Assembly (NCBI GenBank): GCA_963750165.1
Contig: CAVVPN010000004.1
Span: forward strand, 1,276,910 to 1,340,909
Reading direction: 5' to 3'
DNA length: 64,000 bases
From: an uncultured Gemmataceae bacterium
GTDB lineage: Bacteria; Planctomycetota; Planctomycetia; Gemmatales; Gemmataceae
Shown: in pieces, positions 50,941 through 61,854 of the stretch
Numbering within the stretch: position 1 is the stretch's first letter
How the letters are laid out: every line of letters begins with the position of its first letter
Translations under genes and position numbers: made by a program
The notes under the pieces: generated by a model
The model's database searches: none
Seen by the model: the letters and a program-made list of their open reading frames with translations, nothing else
What the model was told of the DNA's origin: nothing

Positions 50941-51773
50941 TTACTGCTTGCCGAGCAGGAGATCGACGACCCAGCAGCCGCGGACGTGCGGGCCGGGGCC
51001 GCGGCAGTGGTCGAGGATGGCAGAGTCGGTGCAGCCCGCTTCTTCCAGCGCGTCGGCCAGGATGGGCAGATGGTCGAAGGTGCAGCTATCGTACACGTTC
51101 TGGGATAACTTGCTCACGATCCCGCTATTCCATCGAAGCCACGCCGGCTTCACTTTCCTTGGCTTTCCGGTTGAAGGATAGCCAAAAATGGGCTCTTCCG
51201 TTTTTAGGTGCGGGTTATCGGCCCGATTCTCAATTTTCCCTGGAAAAATCGTGGGGCACGTGATCGTCCGTTCACAGAAAATCCAGTGTTTCGCACCTAA
51301 AAACGGAAGAGCCCAAAAATGTCGCGAAGCAGAGAAGCCTGTTGTTGTCGTTCAGCGCGATAACACGTGAGGGCGGCTCGTTGCTCTTGTTCGGTGGCAT
51401 AAATACCCAGAAAGTTCGAAGCTGACTGCGCGGTCTGATCACAAACACGTCGCGCAACCCCCTCCCAACGAGGTTCAGTTAAGAGGAAAGGCCCACGGAC
51501 CGTCCACCGCGCTGCGTCATCCGCCGGACTGTAATCACCCGTGATCGTAACTGGGAACTCATAAACGGTCCGCCAAAACAAATGTCTCATGAGGCGATCC
51601 ACCAACTTCTCAATACTCTGCACTCCAAGCCGACTGAATCGACTTACCATCTTGTGCCAGACCCGGCGGCAACACGCACAGCAGAACAGTTCAAATTTGC
51701 GCGTGCTGCCCCGCTTTAGCAAAGGCAGCATCAAATTCGGGTCGGTACAGTCGTCCCACTCCTGCTCCGTCAT
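50941..51773 (-). pseudogene. Gemmataceae-type 'MTExEW...CWVVDLLLGK' family protein interrupted by a MITE
   Basis: MTEQEWDDCTDPNLML...LLRDIFG | ...LPILADALEEAGCTDSAILDHCRGPGPHVRGCWVVDLLLGK; the halves rejoin in frame when the MITE is removed. Confidence 0.8.
51191..51313. mobile_element. 123-bp MITE with ISL3-like ends
   Basis: TIR ggctcttccgtttttaggtgcg / cgcacctaaaaacggaagagcc; 8-bp direct repeat CAAAAATG (51183-90, 51314-21). Confidence 0.85.
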
Positions 51774-51792
51774 GTGCCTACTCTCCGGGGAT

Positions 51793-52524
51793 TCACCGCC
51801 GATTCTGCAGTGAGTCGCAAGCCATCAGGTAACTGGCTTCCAGGTCGAGCGGCACGGCCAGAGCGGGGCCAATCCACAGCGGCAGCGTCGGCAGCGCCGC
51901 GCCAACGGTCAGCGCGTGCGGCCACATCTCCATCTGCAAGGGCGGCTCACTGCGGGCACGGTACGCGACGGCGTACAGGTCAAACACGGTTGGGCCGGCC
52001 GCGGCTTCTCCTAGTCCGAGCAGGTCCATCAATTCCCCGTGCATGTTCATGCGCCGCTCGGTCACGACATCAATGACCACGACGCCGATTTCTTGTTGAA
52101 GATAGGCGGCGCACTTGGCCGCGAACGCCTGGCGATGATCCGGGCGGTTTTTGTTGGCGGGACTGACCAGTTCAACGGCCGCTACCAGGCGCGTGGCGGG
52201 TTCGTGGTTAAACACTTGAATCTCAAACACGTCCAGGTCGGCAAGATCGGCCGGCACCACCAGGGGCGGTTGCGGGGGGGCCCAGACCGCCGTGGCGATC
52301 GCGCCGTTGCCGGAGTCGGTTCCTCCTACCTCCCTCTCCTGGTGGACGGTAGCAACATCGACCTGGCCCTGGCCCCCCAGATGAAATTGATTGAGTGCCT
52401 GATAACCCGCAGGCAAGACCTTTTGATTCAGTTGCTGAGCCATCAAAACGATCCACGCGCCGTGAAGGCTCGCCCAGGGCCAGCGCCCGGCATCAGGACT
52501 GTGGAAGTGGTCCCGCAACGGCAT
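51793..52524 (-). CDS. DUF4058 family protein
   Basis: MPLRDHF, LVAAVELVSPANK, VIDVVTER, LPTLPLW, VPLDLEASY. Confidence 0.85.
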   Translation of the reverse strand: MPLRDHFHSPDAGRWPWASLHGAWIVLMAQQLNQKVLPAGYQALNQFHLGGQGQVDVATVHQEREVGGTDSGNGAIATAVWAPPQPPLVVPADLADLDVFEIQVFNHEPATRLVAAVELVSPANKNRPDHRQAFAAKCAAYLQQEIGVVVIDVVTERRMNMHGELMDLLGLGEAAAGPTVFDLYAVAYRARSEPPLQMEMWPHALTVGAALPTLPLWIGPALAVPLDLEASYLMACDSLQNRR

Positions 52525-52565
52525 GTCCGACTCCTTGTAAGGAAGCGCCTTTCGCTCCCGCAGCA

Positions 52566-53186
52566 TCACCGCCGAATCTGCAACGAATCGCACGCCGCCA
52601 GGTAACTGGCCTCTAGGTCGAGCGGCACCGCCAACTCGGGGCCGATCCACAGCGGCAGCGTCGGCAGCGCCGCGCCGACGGCCAGCGCTGCCGGCCACAT
52701 CTCCAGCTGCAAGGGCGGCTCACTGCGGGCGCGGTAAGCGATGGCGTACAGGTCAAACGCGGTCGGGCCGGCCGCCGCTTCGCCCAACTCCAACAAGTCC
52801 ACGAGTTCGCCGTGGAGGTTGGTGCGGCGTTCCGTCACGACATCGATCACCACAAGCCCGATGCTTTGCTGGAGGTAGGCGGCGCACTTGGCCACGAACG
52901 CATGGCGCGCTTCGGGCCGATCCTTGTTCCGCGGGCTGACCAGTTCGATAGCCGCCACCAGTGTGTCCTCCTGGCGGTCTAGCACCTGGATCTCAAAGAC
53001 GTCCAGATCGGTAAAATCGATCGGCACCTGGGCGCCCAGTTGAAGACGTGGGACCGCCACGTAGCGCTCCGGCAGCGGCTTCTGGTTCAACTGCTGGACG
53101 ATACAAACAGCCCACTGGTAGTGCAGGTTGTGCCACCGGACAAAGATCCCGGCTTCGGGCGGATTGAAATGGTCACGCAACGGCAT
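52566..53186 (-). CDS. DUF4058 family protein (tandem paralog, internally shorter)
   Basis: Same motifs; 3' halves nearly identical at DNA level. Confidence 0.82.
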   Translation of the reverse strand: MPLRDHFNPPEAGIFVRWHNLHYQWAVCIVQQLNQKPLPERYVAVPRLQLGAQVPIDFTDLDVFEIQVLDRQEDTLVAAIELVSPRNKDRPEARHAFVAKCAAYLQQSIGLVVIDVVTERRTNLHGELVDLLELGEAAAGPTAFDLYAIAYRARSEPPLQLEMWPAALAVGAALPTLPLWIGPELAVPLDLEASYLAACDSLQIRR

Positions 53187-53212
53187 GGCCAACCTCCCAC
53201 ACGTCGATGGTA

Positions 53213-54304
53213 TCACCCCTTCGATTCTACCAGAACGCGCTCCACCTCCGCCTCGTCCACGTCGTCGAACAGCCCGACCTCGCCCAGCCGCCGCGGCAGC
53301 ACCAGCCGCAGCCGGCCGGCCAGCGCTTTCTTGTCGCTGCGCATCGTCGCGATCAGCTCCGCCGCCGGCCACGGCTCCGGCTTCGTCGGCAGCCCGAAGT
53401 GCGCCAGCAGCGCCCGTTGCCGCTCCGACACGTCCGCGCCGATCAGACCGCGCCGCTCCGCCAGCCGGCTCGCGCACAACATGCCCGCCGCCACCGCCTC
53501 GCCGTGCAGCCAGCCGCCGTAGCCCGCCGCCGTCTCGAAGGCGTGCGCGAAGGTGTGGCCGTAGTTCAGGATCACACGCACGCCCTTCTCCTCGCGCTCG
53601 TCCTGCTCCACCACGTCCGCCTTCAGCCGGCAGCAGCGGGCGACGATGTGCCGCACCACCTCCGGCTCGCGCCGCAGCACGGCGTCGCGCTGTGCCTCCA
53701 GATACTGGAAAAAGTCGGGATCCTGGATGACGCCGTACTTGACGACCTCCGCCAGGCCGCTGGCGTACTCGCGCGGCGGCAGCGTTGCCAGTGTGGCGGT
53801 GTCGAGCCAGACGCCGACCGGCTGGTGGAAGACGCCGACCATGTTTTTGGCCCGCGGCAGGTTGACCGCGACCTTGCCGCCGACCGAGCTGTCCACCATC
53901 GCCAGCAGCGTCGTCGGCACCATGAGCAGCGGCAGGCCGCGCGCGAAGGTCGCCGCCACGAAGCCGGCCAGGTCGCCGACCACGCCGCCGCCGACCGCAA
54001 CCACCAGCGTCCGCCGATCCGCCTGGAAGTCCAGCAGGCGCTCGTACAGATCCGCGGCCACGCTCAGGGATTTTTGTGATTCGCCGCTCGGCAGGACGGT
54101 CAGGAAGGATTGAAAGCCGGCGGCGTCGAGGGCGCTGACGGCGGCCAGGGCGTGGCCGGCGACGTGCTCGTCGGTGACGACGAAGGCGCGGTCGCCGTGG
54201 CAACGTTGGCGGGCGAACGGCCCCAGGCCGGCGAGGTCGCCCGTGGTGACGGTGAGGTCGTAGCTGCGCTCGCCCAGCTGGACGCGCAAGGTAGTGGGGT
54301 TCAT
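53213..54304 (-). CDS. aroB: 3-dehydroquinate synthase
   Basis: GGGVVGDLAGF, PTTLLAMVDSSVGGK, LNYGHTFAHA, LHGEAVAAG. Confidence 0.95.
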   Translation of the reverse strand: MNPTTLRVQLGERSYDLTVTTGDLAGLGPFARQRCHGDRAFVVTDEHVAGHALAAVSALDAAGFQSFLTVLPSGESQKSLSVAADLYERLLDFQADRRTLVVAVGGGVVGDLAGFVAATFARGLPLLMVPTTLLAMVDSSVGGKVAVNLPRAKNMVGVFHQPVGVWLDTATLATLPPREYASGLAEVVKYGVIQDPDFFQYLEAQRDAVLRREPEVVRHIVARCCRLKADVVEQDEREEKGVRVILNYGHTFAHAFETAAGYGGWLHGEAVAAGMLCASRLAERRGLIGADVSERQRALLAHFGLPTKPEPWPAAELIATMRSDKKALAGRLRLVLPRRLGEVGLFDDVDEAEVERVLVESKG

Positions 54305-54345
54305 GAGTGCATGCTACAACGCGCGGCGGGGGGCAACAACCGCTT

Positions 54346-55077
54346 TCAGCGCGGCTGTTCGCCAACGCTCCACGACGGCCCGGCGGCGCCCTTGAATTGC
54401 TTCTCGACGACGTAGTTGCGTTCGGCGGTGCGCAACAGCGGCGTCACGTTGTCCAGTTCGGTTTTGGCGTAGCCCGCCTTTTCGAGATAGATGCGGGCCA
54501 GCGCCTGCGGCTCGGGCGGCGCCACGCGCCGCGGACGCTGCTGTTCGTACTTCGCCATTTCCACCTGATGAATGCCGTCCATCGCGGTGAACTGGCCGGC
54601 GTTGCCGATCGGCACTTCCATGGGCGGCCGGCCCTCCGTCTGGCGAGCCTTGAAGTTGGCGGTCGCCTCGCGCTCCGACGCCATCTTGCCCAGCTCCAGG
54701 CACAGCAGCGCCGCAATCTCGCCCTCGGTCTTGCACTGCTTGATTAAACCCTCGGTGACGTACACGACCAGGGTGCCCTGGTGGAAGATTTCCGGTGTCT
54801 CGGTGCCGATGGTGGCGAACTTCGGCTCCAGTCCCGTGTCGCGGTTGGCGGCGTTGACCTTGCGGCCGATGCAGTCGAGGTGCAGCGCCAGTTCCGCGTT
54901 GCCGCCCGGCGGCGCCGAGGCCGAGACGCTCACTGTCTGACCGGCCGGCGGTGTGCCGAACGCGCCGACGTTCACGACGGGCATGTCGCCCGTGTCGCTG
55001 GTCTTGAACACGTCCAGCGGAACACAGCCGCCAACCAGGGCCAGCACGCCCAGCACAGGCCATGCGCTACGCACCAT
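54346..55077 (-). CDS. Lipoprotein with degenerate M48-peptidase-like domain
   Basis: Lipobox LVGGC; VYVTEGLIKQCKTEGEIAALLCLELGK; YLEKAGY. Confidence 0.65.
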   Translation of the reverse strand: MVRSAWPVLGVLALVGGCVPLDVFKTSDTGDMPVVNVGAFGTPPAGQTVSVSASAPPGGNAELALHLDCIGRKVNAANRDTGLEPKFATIGTETPEIFHQGTLVVYVTEGLIKQCKTEGEIAALLCLELGKMASEREATANFKARQTEGRPPMEVPIGNAGQFTAMDGIHQVEMAKYEQQRPRRVAPPEPQALARIYLEKAGYAKTELDNVTPLLRTAERNYVVEKQFKGAAGPSWSVGEQPR

Positions 55078-55141
55078 GACGGCACCTCCTCTTTGGGCCA
55101 CCAGCCATAGCGTTGCGGACGCTGCGTGTCCAGGCCAAAAC

Positions 55142-55212
55142 GTGAAGGGGGTGAGGGGGTGAAAGACGGTCCTCTGTCACCCCTTCACCCCCTCACCCCT
55201 TCACCCCCTCAC
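55142..55212. repeat. Inverted array of 8-bp units (GGGGGTGA / TCACCCCC)
   Basis: Between two same-strand genes; overlaps the S46 stop codon. Confidence 0.75.
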
Positions 55213-57304
55213 TTCCGGCGGGTGCCGACAATCTCATCCGCCAGGTCGCCGGCGTCGTAGACGGCCCGCAGCGCCTCGGTCAGCGCCTGCGAGTTCACCG
55301 CCACCGCCCGCGCCTGCCGGTCGGTGTACAGGAAGTCCCACGCCAGCGACTGAATGTTGCCGTCGAAGATCAGCCCCACCACCTCCGCGTTGGCGTTGAT
55401 CACCGGACTGCCGGAATTGCCGCCGATGATGTCCGCCGTGCAGACGAAGTTGAACGGCGTCTTCAGGTCCAGCTTGCCCTTGCGCTTCTCCCAGCGCTTC
55501 GGCAGGTCGAACGGATACACATAGCCCTTCGACTCCGCGTACTCGTACAGGCCGCCGAACGTCGTCTGGAACGGGATCTTTTTGCCGCCCTCCTCGTAGC
55601 CCTTCACCGTGCCGAACGACAGCCGCAGCGTGAACGTCGCGTCCGGATACGTGTCCGTGCCTTCCACCGCGAACTTCGCCTGCGCCACCTTGTCGTACGC
55701 CTGCTCCTTCACCTCCACCACCTTCGTTTCCATCAGCTCCCGGACTGCCCGCGCCGCCGGGTCCACCAGCAGCGCCAGTTTGATCAGCGGGTCGTCCGAC
55801 TTCGTGATCGCCTCCTTGCCGCCCTTGTACAGGGCCTTGCGGGCCTGCACGTCGAACAACTTCGTGCCGTTAATCAGCTCTGCGGCCCGCTCGCCGGGCG
55901 ACTTGCCGGCCAGCACCTGCTTGACCAACTTGTTCTCCGCCTTCAACGTCTCCGCCAGGAACGTCAAACTGTCCGCGAGCTTGACCGTCTCCAGGTCCGC
56001 GTACAGCGGCCGGCTCGAGAACAGCCTGAGCTCCAGTGACTTCTTGTTCGCGTCGGCGAACTCGGACAACCGCTCGCCGTTCGGCTTGGTGTGTTCCTCG
56101 GCGGCCCGCACCAGCGTGCGGGCATAGCCGAACAGGGTCGTGTTGAAGCCGGCACCGCCCTCCAGCACCGTGTAGCGTTTGATGTTGGCCGCCCGGAGCG
56201 GCTGTACCTTGGCGATCGTCTCCCAGCGCCCGCCAGGTCGCGCAGTTTCGGGTTGGCCGCGACCGCCTTGCGCAGCTTCGCCTCGTGCGCCTTCTTGGTG
56301 GCCATGAACTCCGGGTCGAGCAGGGCGGCCAGGCCGCCGTCCCGCGCCTTGCGGCTGTTGGCGACGCTGAACAGGCTGTCTTTAATCTTGCGCTTGTGCT
56401 CCGCGCCGTAGCCGCTGTAAACCGAGTACAGCACCTCCCAGCGGTACAGCCGCTGCAGCAGGTACGGGAAGCCCGTGTCGCGCAGGTACTCCAGCTCCGC
56501 CACCGTCGTCAGCCGATCCGTCTTGCCCGGGTTGCCGGAGACGAACACCAACTCGCCGTCCGAGACGCCCTTCGGGCTCCACTTCAGATAATGCTCGATC
56601 TTCGCCGGCTTGTCGTTCTCGTAGACGCGGAAGAAGCAGACATCCAGGTCGTAGCGCGGGTAGGCGAAGTTGTCGGCGTCGCCGCCATAGAAGGCGATCT
56701 GCTGCTCCGGGGCGAACACCAGCCGCACGTCCGTGTAGCGCTTGTAGCGGTACAGGTTGAACTTGTTGCCCTGGTAGAGCGTGACGACATCGCTGCGCAG
56801 CCCGGTCTTTTTCAGGGACTCCTGCTCGATCTTGGCGATGACCGCCCGCCTGGCCTTGAAAGCCTGCTCGGGCGACATCTTCGGGTCGATCGCGTCCTGC
56901 ACCTGTTTGGTCACGTCCACGATGCCCATCAGGATGTTCAGCTCCAGGTCCACCGCCTTGATCTCGTCGGCGCGGGTCTTGGCGTAGAAGCCGTCCTTCA
57001 CGTAGTCCTTGTCCTTGCTGCTGACCTTTTGCAGCGTCTCCAGGCCGACGTGGTGGTTGGTCATGACCAGGCCGTCGGCGGAAATGAACGAGCCGGAGCC
57101 GCCGCTGTTGAAGCGCACGGACGACTTCTGCACGTGCTCGTACCAGTCGGCGGGCTTCTCGAAGCCGTACCTGTCCTTGAGGAGCTTGCGCGGCGGGTTG
57201 TTGAACAGCCACATGCCCTCGTCGGCAGCGGCACGGTCGTTTGTCGTGAGCATGAGGATACCAGAGGCGGCCAGCAACAGGGCCGCGCGGAAACGGGGGT
57301 GCAT
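55209..57304 (-). CDS. S46 family dipeptidyl peptidase; frameshift near 56230
   Basis: ADEGMWL, GSGSFISADGLVMTNHH, PDATFTLRLSFG, DIIGGNSGSPV, FDGN. Confidence 0.92.
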
Positions 57305-57361
57305 GGATGAGCCTCCCTGGATGTTGGGGATCGTGGTGATTGTTTCCAGCGCCCTGGTGGT

Positions 57362-60003
57362 TCAGGGGTTGCCGCCGGCCGTCGGCGGCGTGCGGGGCGC
57401 GGCCACGGCGGGGGTCGCCAGCAACCAGCCCGTGCCCACCAGAACCAGGAACAACGTCAGCACGCCGAACGCGATCAGCGCCGGCGTATTACTTTGCGGC
57501 AGCTTCACCGCTACGCCCACGGGCAGACGCTCCGGTAACTGCAACCGCTTCTTGTTGTCTTCGTAGAGCAGCTGCGCCTTGTCGGCGCTGCCGAGTTGCT
57601 CGGCGGCGATGTCCCGTAGGTACGCCTCCTCCATCGTCCGGTAGGTTTTGTTGCCGGGCAGTTTTAGTTCCGTCCGCGCGGGCACGGTGACGTACTTTTG
57701 CGGCAGGGTGCCGTTCAGTTCCTTGATCTCGCCCGCCAACTTCTCCACCTCCTGCTTCTCCTCCTTCGTCAACTCCTCTTTCACGGTCCAACCGAGTTCG
57801 TCCCGGGCGGCTTCGCGGGCCAACTCGTCAAAGGACAGTTCCCCCCGGCTGGCATAGGTATTGTACTGCCAGTGGGCCAGCGCCTGCGGGATGGTGTCGC
57901 TGAACGACAGAAAGCCGATCACCACGCCGGCGATGGCGCCGCCGGCGATGTAGCCCGTGGACATCAACACCCCCGGGCTGCTGTCGGATTCCGTCGCGGA
58001 GTGGGGCGCCGCGCCGCGGGCTTGCGCACCCAGCGGTCGGCGGCGTAGCGGACCAGGCCGCCCACGAAGATCGGCGCCGACGAGGACAACGGCAGGTACA
58101 CGCCCACCGCGAACGCCAGCGACGACACGCCGCACAACTCCAGCACCACCGCGATGGACACGCCGAGCAGCACCAGCGCCCACGGCAATTTTTGCTGCAA
58201 AATGCCGTCCGTGATCAGCGACATCAGTTGCGCCTTCGGCGCCTTGAAGCGGATGACTTCGCTGCCGTCGTCACGCCGCGACCGCTTGCCGTTGATGCCG
58301 GGGTCCACCAGATACTGAATCCGGCCCTGAGCGTCGAGGAGATATTTGCCCTGCGGCACGCCCTGCTCGTTGCCCTCCGCCGCGTGCCAGATGAAATAGG
58401 TGGAGTCGTCGCCGGGGGCGTGGCCTTCGGGCAGGTCGCGCACCTCCACCGGGGTTTTCAACTCGGGCAGGTCCTTGCGCGAGTACACGGTGTAGGCGTC
58501 GTTGAGGCTGATGAGGATCCAGCCAATCACCAGCGCCGACGACAGGGCGCCGATGAGGATGGCCAGTTGCTGGTATTTCGGCGTGGCGCCGACCAGGTAG
58601 CCGGTCTTCAAGTCCTGCGACGTGGTGCCGCCGTTGGAGGCCGCGATGCATACCACCGCGGCCACGGACAGGGCGGTCAGGCGGTCTTCCGGCCGCGTCC
58701 AGCCGATCAGCAGGAAAATCAGACACGTCAGCAGCAAGGTGGCCACGGTCATGCCGGAGATGGGGTTCGACGACGAACCGATTTCGCCGGTGATGCGCGA
58801 CGACACCGTGACGAACAGGAAGCCGAACAGCACGATGAGGACCGCCCCGAGCGGGTTCATTTCCAGGTTCGGCACCCAGGGCAAGACCGCGTGCAGCGGC
58901 CGTGTCAACCAGATGGCCGCCACCACGCCGAGGGTGCCGACGCCCACGAACCACAGCGGCAGGTCGCGGTCGGTGCGGGCCGTACCGGCGCCGTTGCCGT
59001 CGGTTTTTTGCTGGAAAATCGGCAGGTCCCGCAGCCCGGCACGGAGCGAGGACAGGATCAGCGGCAGCGCCTGGAACAGGCTGATGATGCCGCCCGCGGC
59101 CACCGCGCCCGCGCCGATGTAGAGGATGTACTCCTTCCAGATCTGCTCCTCGTCCATGTCCTTGATGAGCGTCTTGGCGGGGTAGAGCGGTTGCGCCAGA
59201 CCGTCGCCGAACAGGCGGATGGCCGGCGTCAGCACGAACGCCGACAGCACGCCGCCGGCCACCATGACACAGGCGATGCGCGTGCCGATGATGTAGCCGA
59301 CGCCGAGCAGGGCCGGGTTCACCTCAATGGCCGGCACCGCTCCGCGGAACCAGCTCAGCGACTTGCTGGCCGTGTCCTTCCACAGCTTCAGGCCCTGCCA
59401 CAGAAACTGGTACACGAAGGCGACGCCGAAGCCGATGAAGACCGTCTTGGCCGTGGCCCCGCCCTGCTCGCCGACGATGAGCACGTCCGCGCAGGCGGTC
59501 CCTTCCGGGTAGATCAGGGTGCCGTGCTGCTTGACGATGAAGGCCCGCCGCAGCGGGATCATCATCAAAATGCCCAGGAGGCCGCCGAGTACGGACACGA
59601 CCATGACGCGGCCGATGTCCATCTCGAAGCCGAGCAGCATCAGTGCCGGCATGGTGACGCCGACGCCGAAGGCGATCGACTCGCCGGCCGAGCCGGTGGT
59701 CTGGACGATGTTGTTTTCCAGGATGTTCGCCCGGCGGATGAAGGGCAGTTTCGAGAACACGCGGAACAGGGTGATCGACAGGACCGCCACCGGGATCGAC
59801 GCCGACACGGTCAGCCCCACCTTGAGCACCAGGTACAGCGACGACGCTCCGAAAATGATGCCGAGCACGGCGCCGACCAGCACTGCCGACCAGGTGAACT
59901 CCGGCATGGTCACATAATCGGGGACGTACGGTTTGTGGCCGTCCGCCTCGGCCGCTTCCGCCGGCGCGGCTTGCGGGATTTCGGTGATGTTCGTGGACGC
60001 CAT
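57362..60003 (-). CDS. OPT/YSL-family oligopeptide transporter; frameshift near 58000
   Basis: LKVGLTVSASIP, ENNIVQT, YPEGTACA, SSNPISG, SQDLKTG, AVGVYLP, SPGVLMSTGYIAGG. Confidence 0.92.
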
Positions 60004-60234
60004 GAGAAAGACTCCCTGCTTGCTCTCGCCCGGCGCACGGCCAGGAACGCCGCGGCCGCACGGGGAGGCGCGGGCCGTCTGGCAATAGCTTGCGGGGAGG
60101 CAGGCGGGTTTTCAAGTCCCCAGGGGTGGAATGTGCGACCGTTTGCCCACTGCCGCTCTGCCTTTTTGCTTGACGGGCCGGCCAGCGGCGACGAGCATGG
60201 AAGGAGTTATTTCCCGGACACCCTGGAGACAGCC

Positions 60235-60788
60235 ATGAAATTCGCTCGTTATGTTGCCGTGCTCGTCTGCTGCTGCGTTGCCGTGGGCTGCTGGAAATTC
60301 GGCGAGCAAGACGCTCCGAAAAAGCTAGCGAAACAGGACGGCCCCCGTGAGGCTGGCCGCCACGTTGAGTCCACGGGCAGGTTCTCCTACGTGCCGCCGC
60401 CAGGCTGGACCATGCGCGACTTCCCCGGGCTGAGATACAAGATCGTTCACACGACGCCGGTGAACGGCTTTGCCCCGAACCTGAACGTCACGGACGAAAT
60501 GTTTCGGGGCACCGTGGACACCTACGCCGACCAGAACCTGGCCGCGCTGAAGACTGCGCTGCCGGGGTTCAAGTTACTCGCCGCGAAAAATTCCAGACCG
60601 CGCAAGGGCTGCCCTGCGTGAAGTTCACCTCGGAAAACAAGCAGGGCGGCAAACACCTGCGGCAGACGGCCTACCTCTACCACAGCGGCGGGCGCGGTTT
60701 CGTCCTCACCGGTACGGCTCTGGCGGAGGAAGGGGAGAGATACGACGCTGCCTGCGACGCTTGCGCGAAGTCGTTCCGGGTTGAATAG
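60235..60788 (+). CDS. Lipoprotein (possible DcrB/PsbP-like fold); frameshift near 60590
   Basis: Signal ending VAVGC; FSYVPPPGW, FAPNLNV; ends CAKSFRVE in the shifted frame. Confidence 0.6.
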
Positions 60789-60866
60789 GCCAACGGCTGC
60801 CCTCTGGGGACCCGATGAGCCTTCCTCGATCGGGGGAGCAGCCGTCGAGATGAAGGTCTCCGTGCC

Positions 60867-61644
60867 TCATTCTCCATCTGGCCCCGGTTCGCCGCACCAG
60901 CGGGGGCAGTGCGTCGCGTCGCGCTCCTGTTCAAAGCGCGAACTGTAGCACCACAGGATCAGGTTGTGCCGCGCGCCGCCAGTGATGGGGTTGGCGCCAT
61001 GGCGATGCTTGCCCCGGTGCAGCACGGCCCGGCCCGGGACATGGACGACCTCAAACTCCTCATGCGAGTGCCAGTCCGTCTGCTGGTGCAGGGCGCAGCG
61101 CACGCCGCGGAAGAACAGCGTGCCGCCGGTGAACTGCTTGCCCAGGCAGACGTTGAGCGTCACATCGCTGGCATCGACATGGAAGTCGAGCGCCGTGTCC
61201 TTGCCGGTGCGCGTACTCCACGATGAAGCCGTGATGACTGTCGAGGGAGTCGCCGCCCACGTCGGGGTAAAACAACGCTGAGAAGGGCAGGACGTATTCC
61301 GCCATCAATTGCTGCAGCGCGGGGGCGAAGCCGAAGCTGTCGAGGACGGTGCCGTAGTTGTTCATCGTGTTCGGGCGGAGGAGCGGCAGTTCAGTCTGGG
61401 CGCACCACTGCTCGAAGCAAGCAGCCTCCTCCAGCAACTCGGCACAGAAGCGCGGCCGCAGCATGTCGAAGGTGTAGACCTGGGGGTGGACCTCGCGGCA
61501 CAGCTGCCGCAGCGCCTCCGGGGTGCCGGCGCGCACGGCCTGTGCCAGGTCCGGCACGAACATCTCCTCACGGAGGATGTACAGGTGGCGGTGCCGCGGC
61601 CGGTAGTGTTCCGCGATGAGATCGCAGTATTCCTGGTATTCCAT
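60867..61644 (-). CDS. 2OG-Fe(II) oxygenase (OGFOD2-like); frameshift near 61210
   Basis: RPNTMNNYG; H-V-D followed by SDVTLNVCLG; HRGKHRHGA; RHNLILW. Confidence 0.75.
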
Positions 61645-61744
61645 GACCGATCTCCCGACCAGCCCGAAGCGCCAGCGCGGCAGTCCCTGTTGTGGTAGGA
61701 AGGTAGGGGGTCATTGCAGCTGAACAGTGGCGGCCTTCGACCTT

Positions 61745-61774
61745 CGTGGCACGGCTCTGGAGAGCCGTGCCACG
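61745..61774. repeat. Single REP hairpin related to the ACGGCTCTGGAGAGCCGT family
   Basis: cgtggcacggctctggagagccgtgccacg. Confidence 0.7.
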
Positions 61775-61854
61775 ATACACTTGAGCTGCAACGGACCAGT
61801 AGTTATCCGCAGGGATAGACAAACCGCCCCTTAAAAAGTTCAGGGAAATCCGCC

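Noticed and set aside
51793..53186. Diversity-generating retroelement TR/VR pair
   Set aside because: Both copies are coding paralogs, differences are not adenine-specific, and no reverse transcriptase is present.
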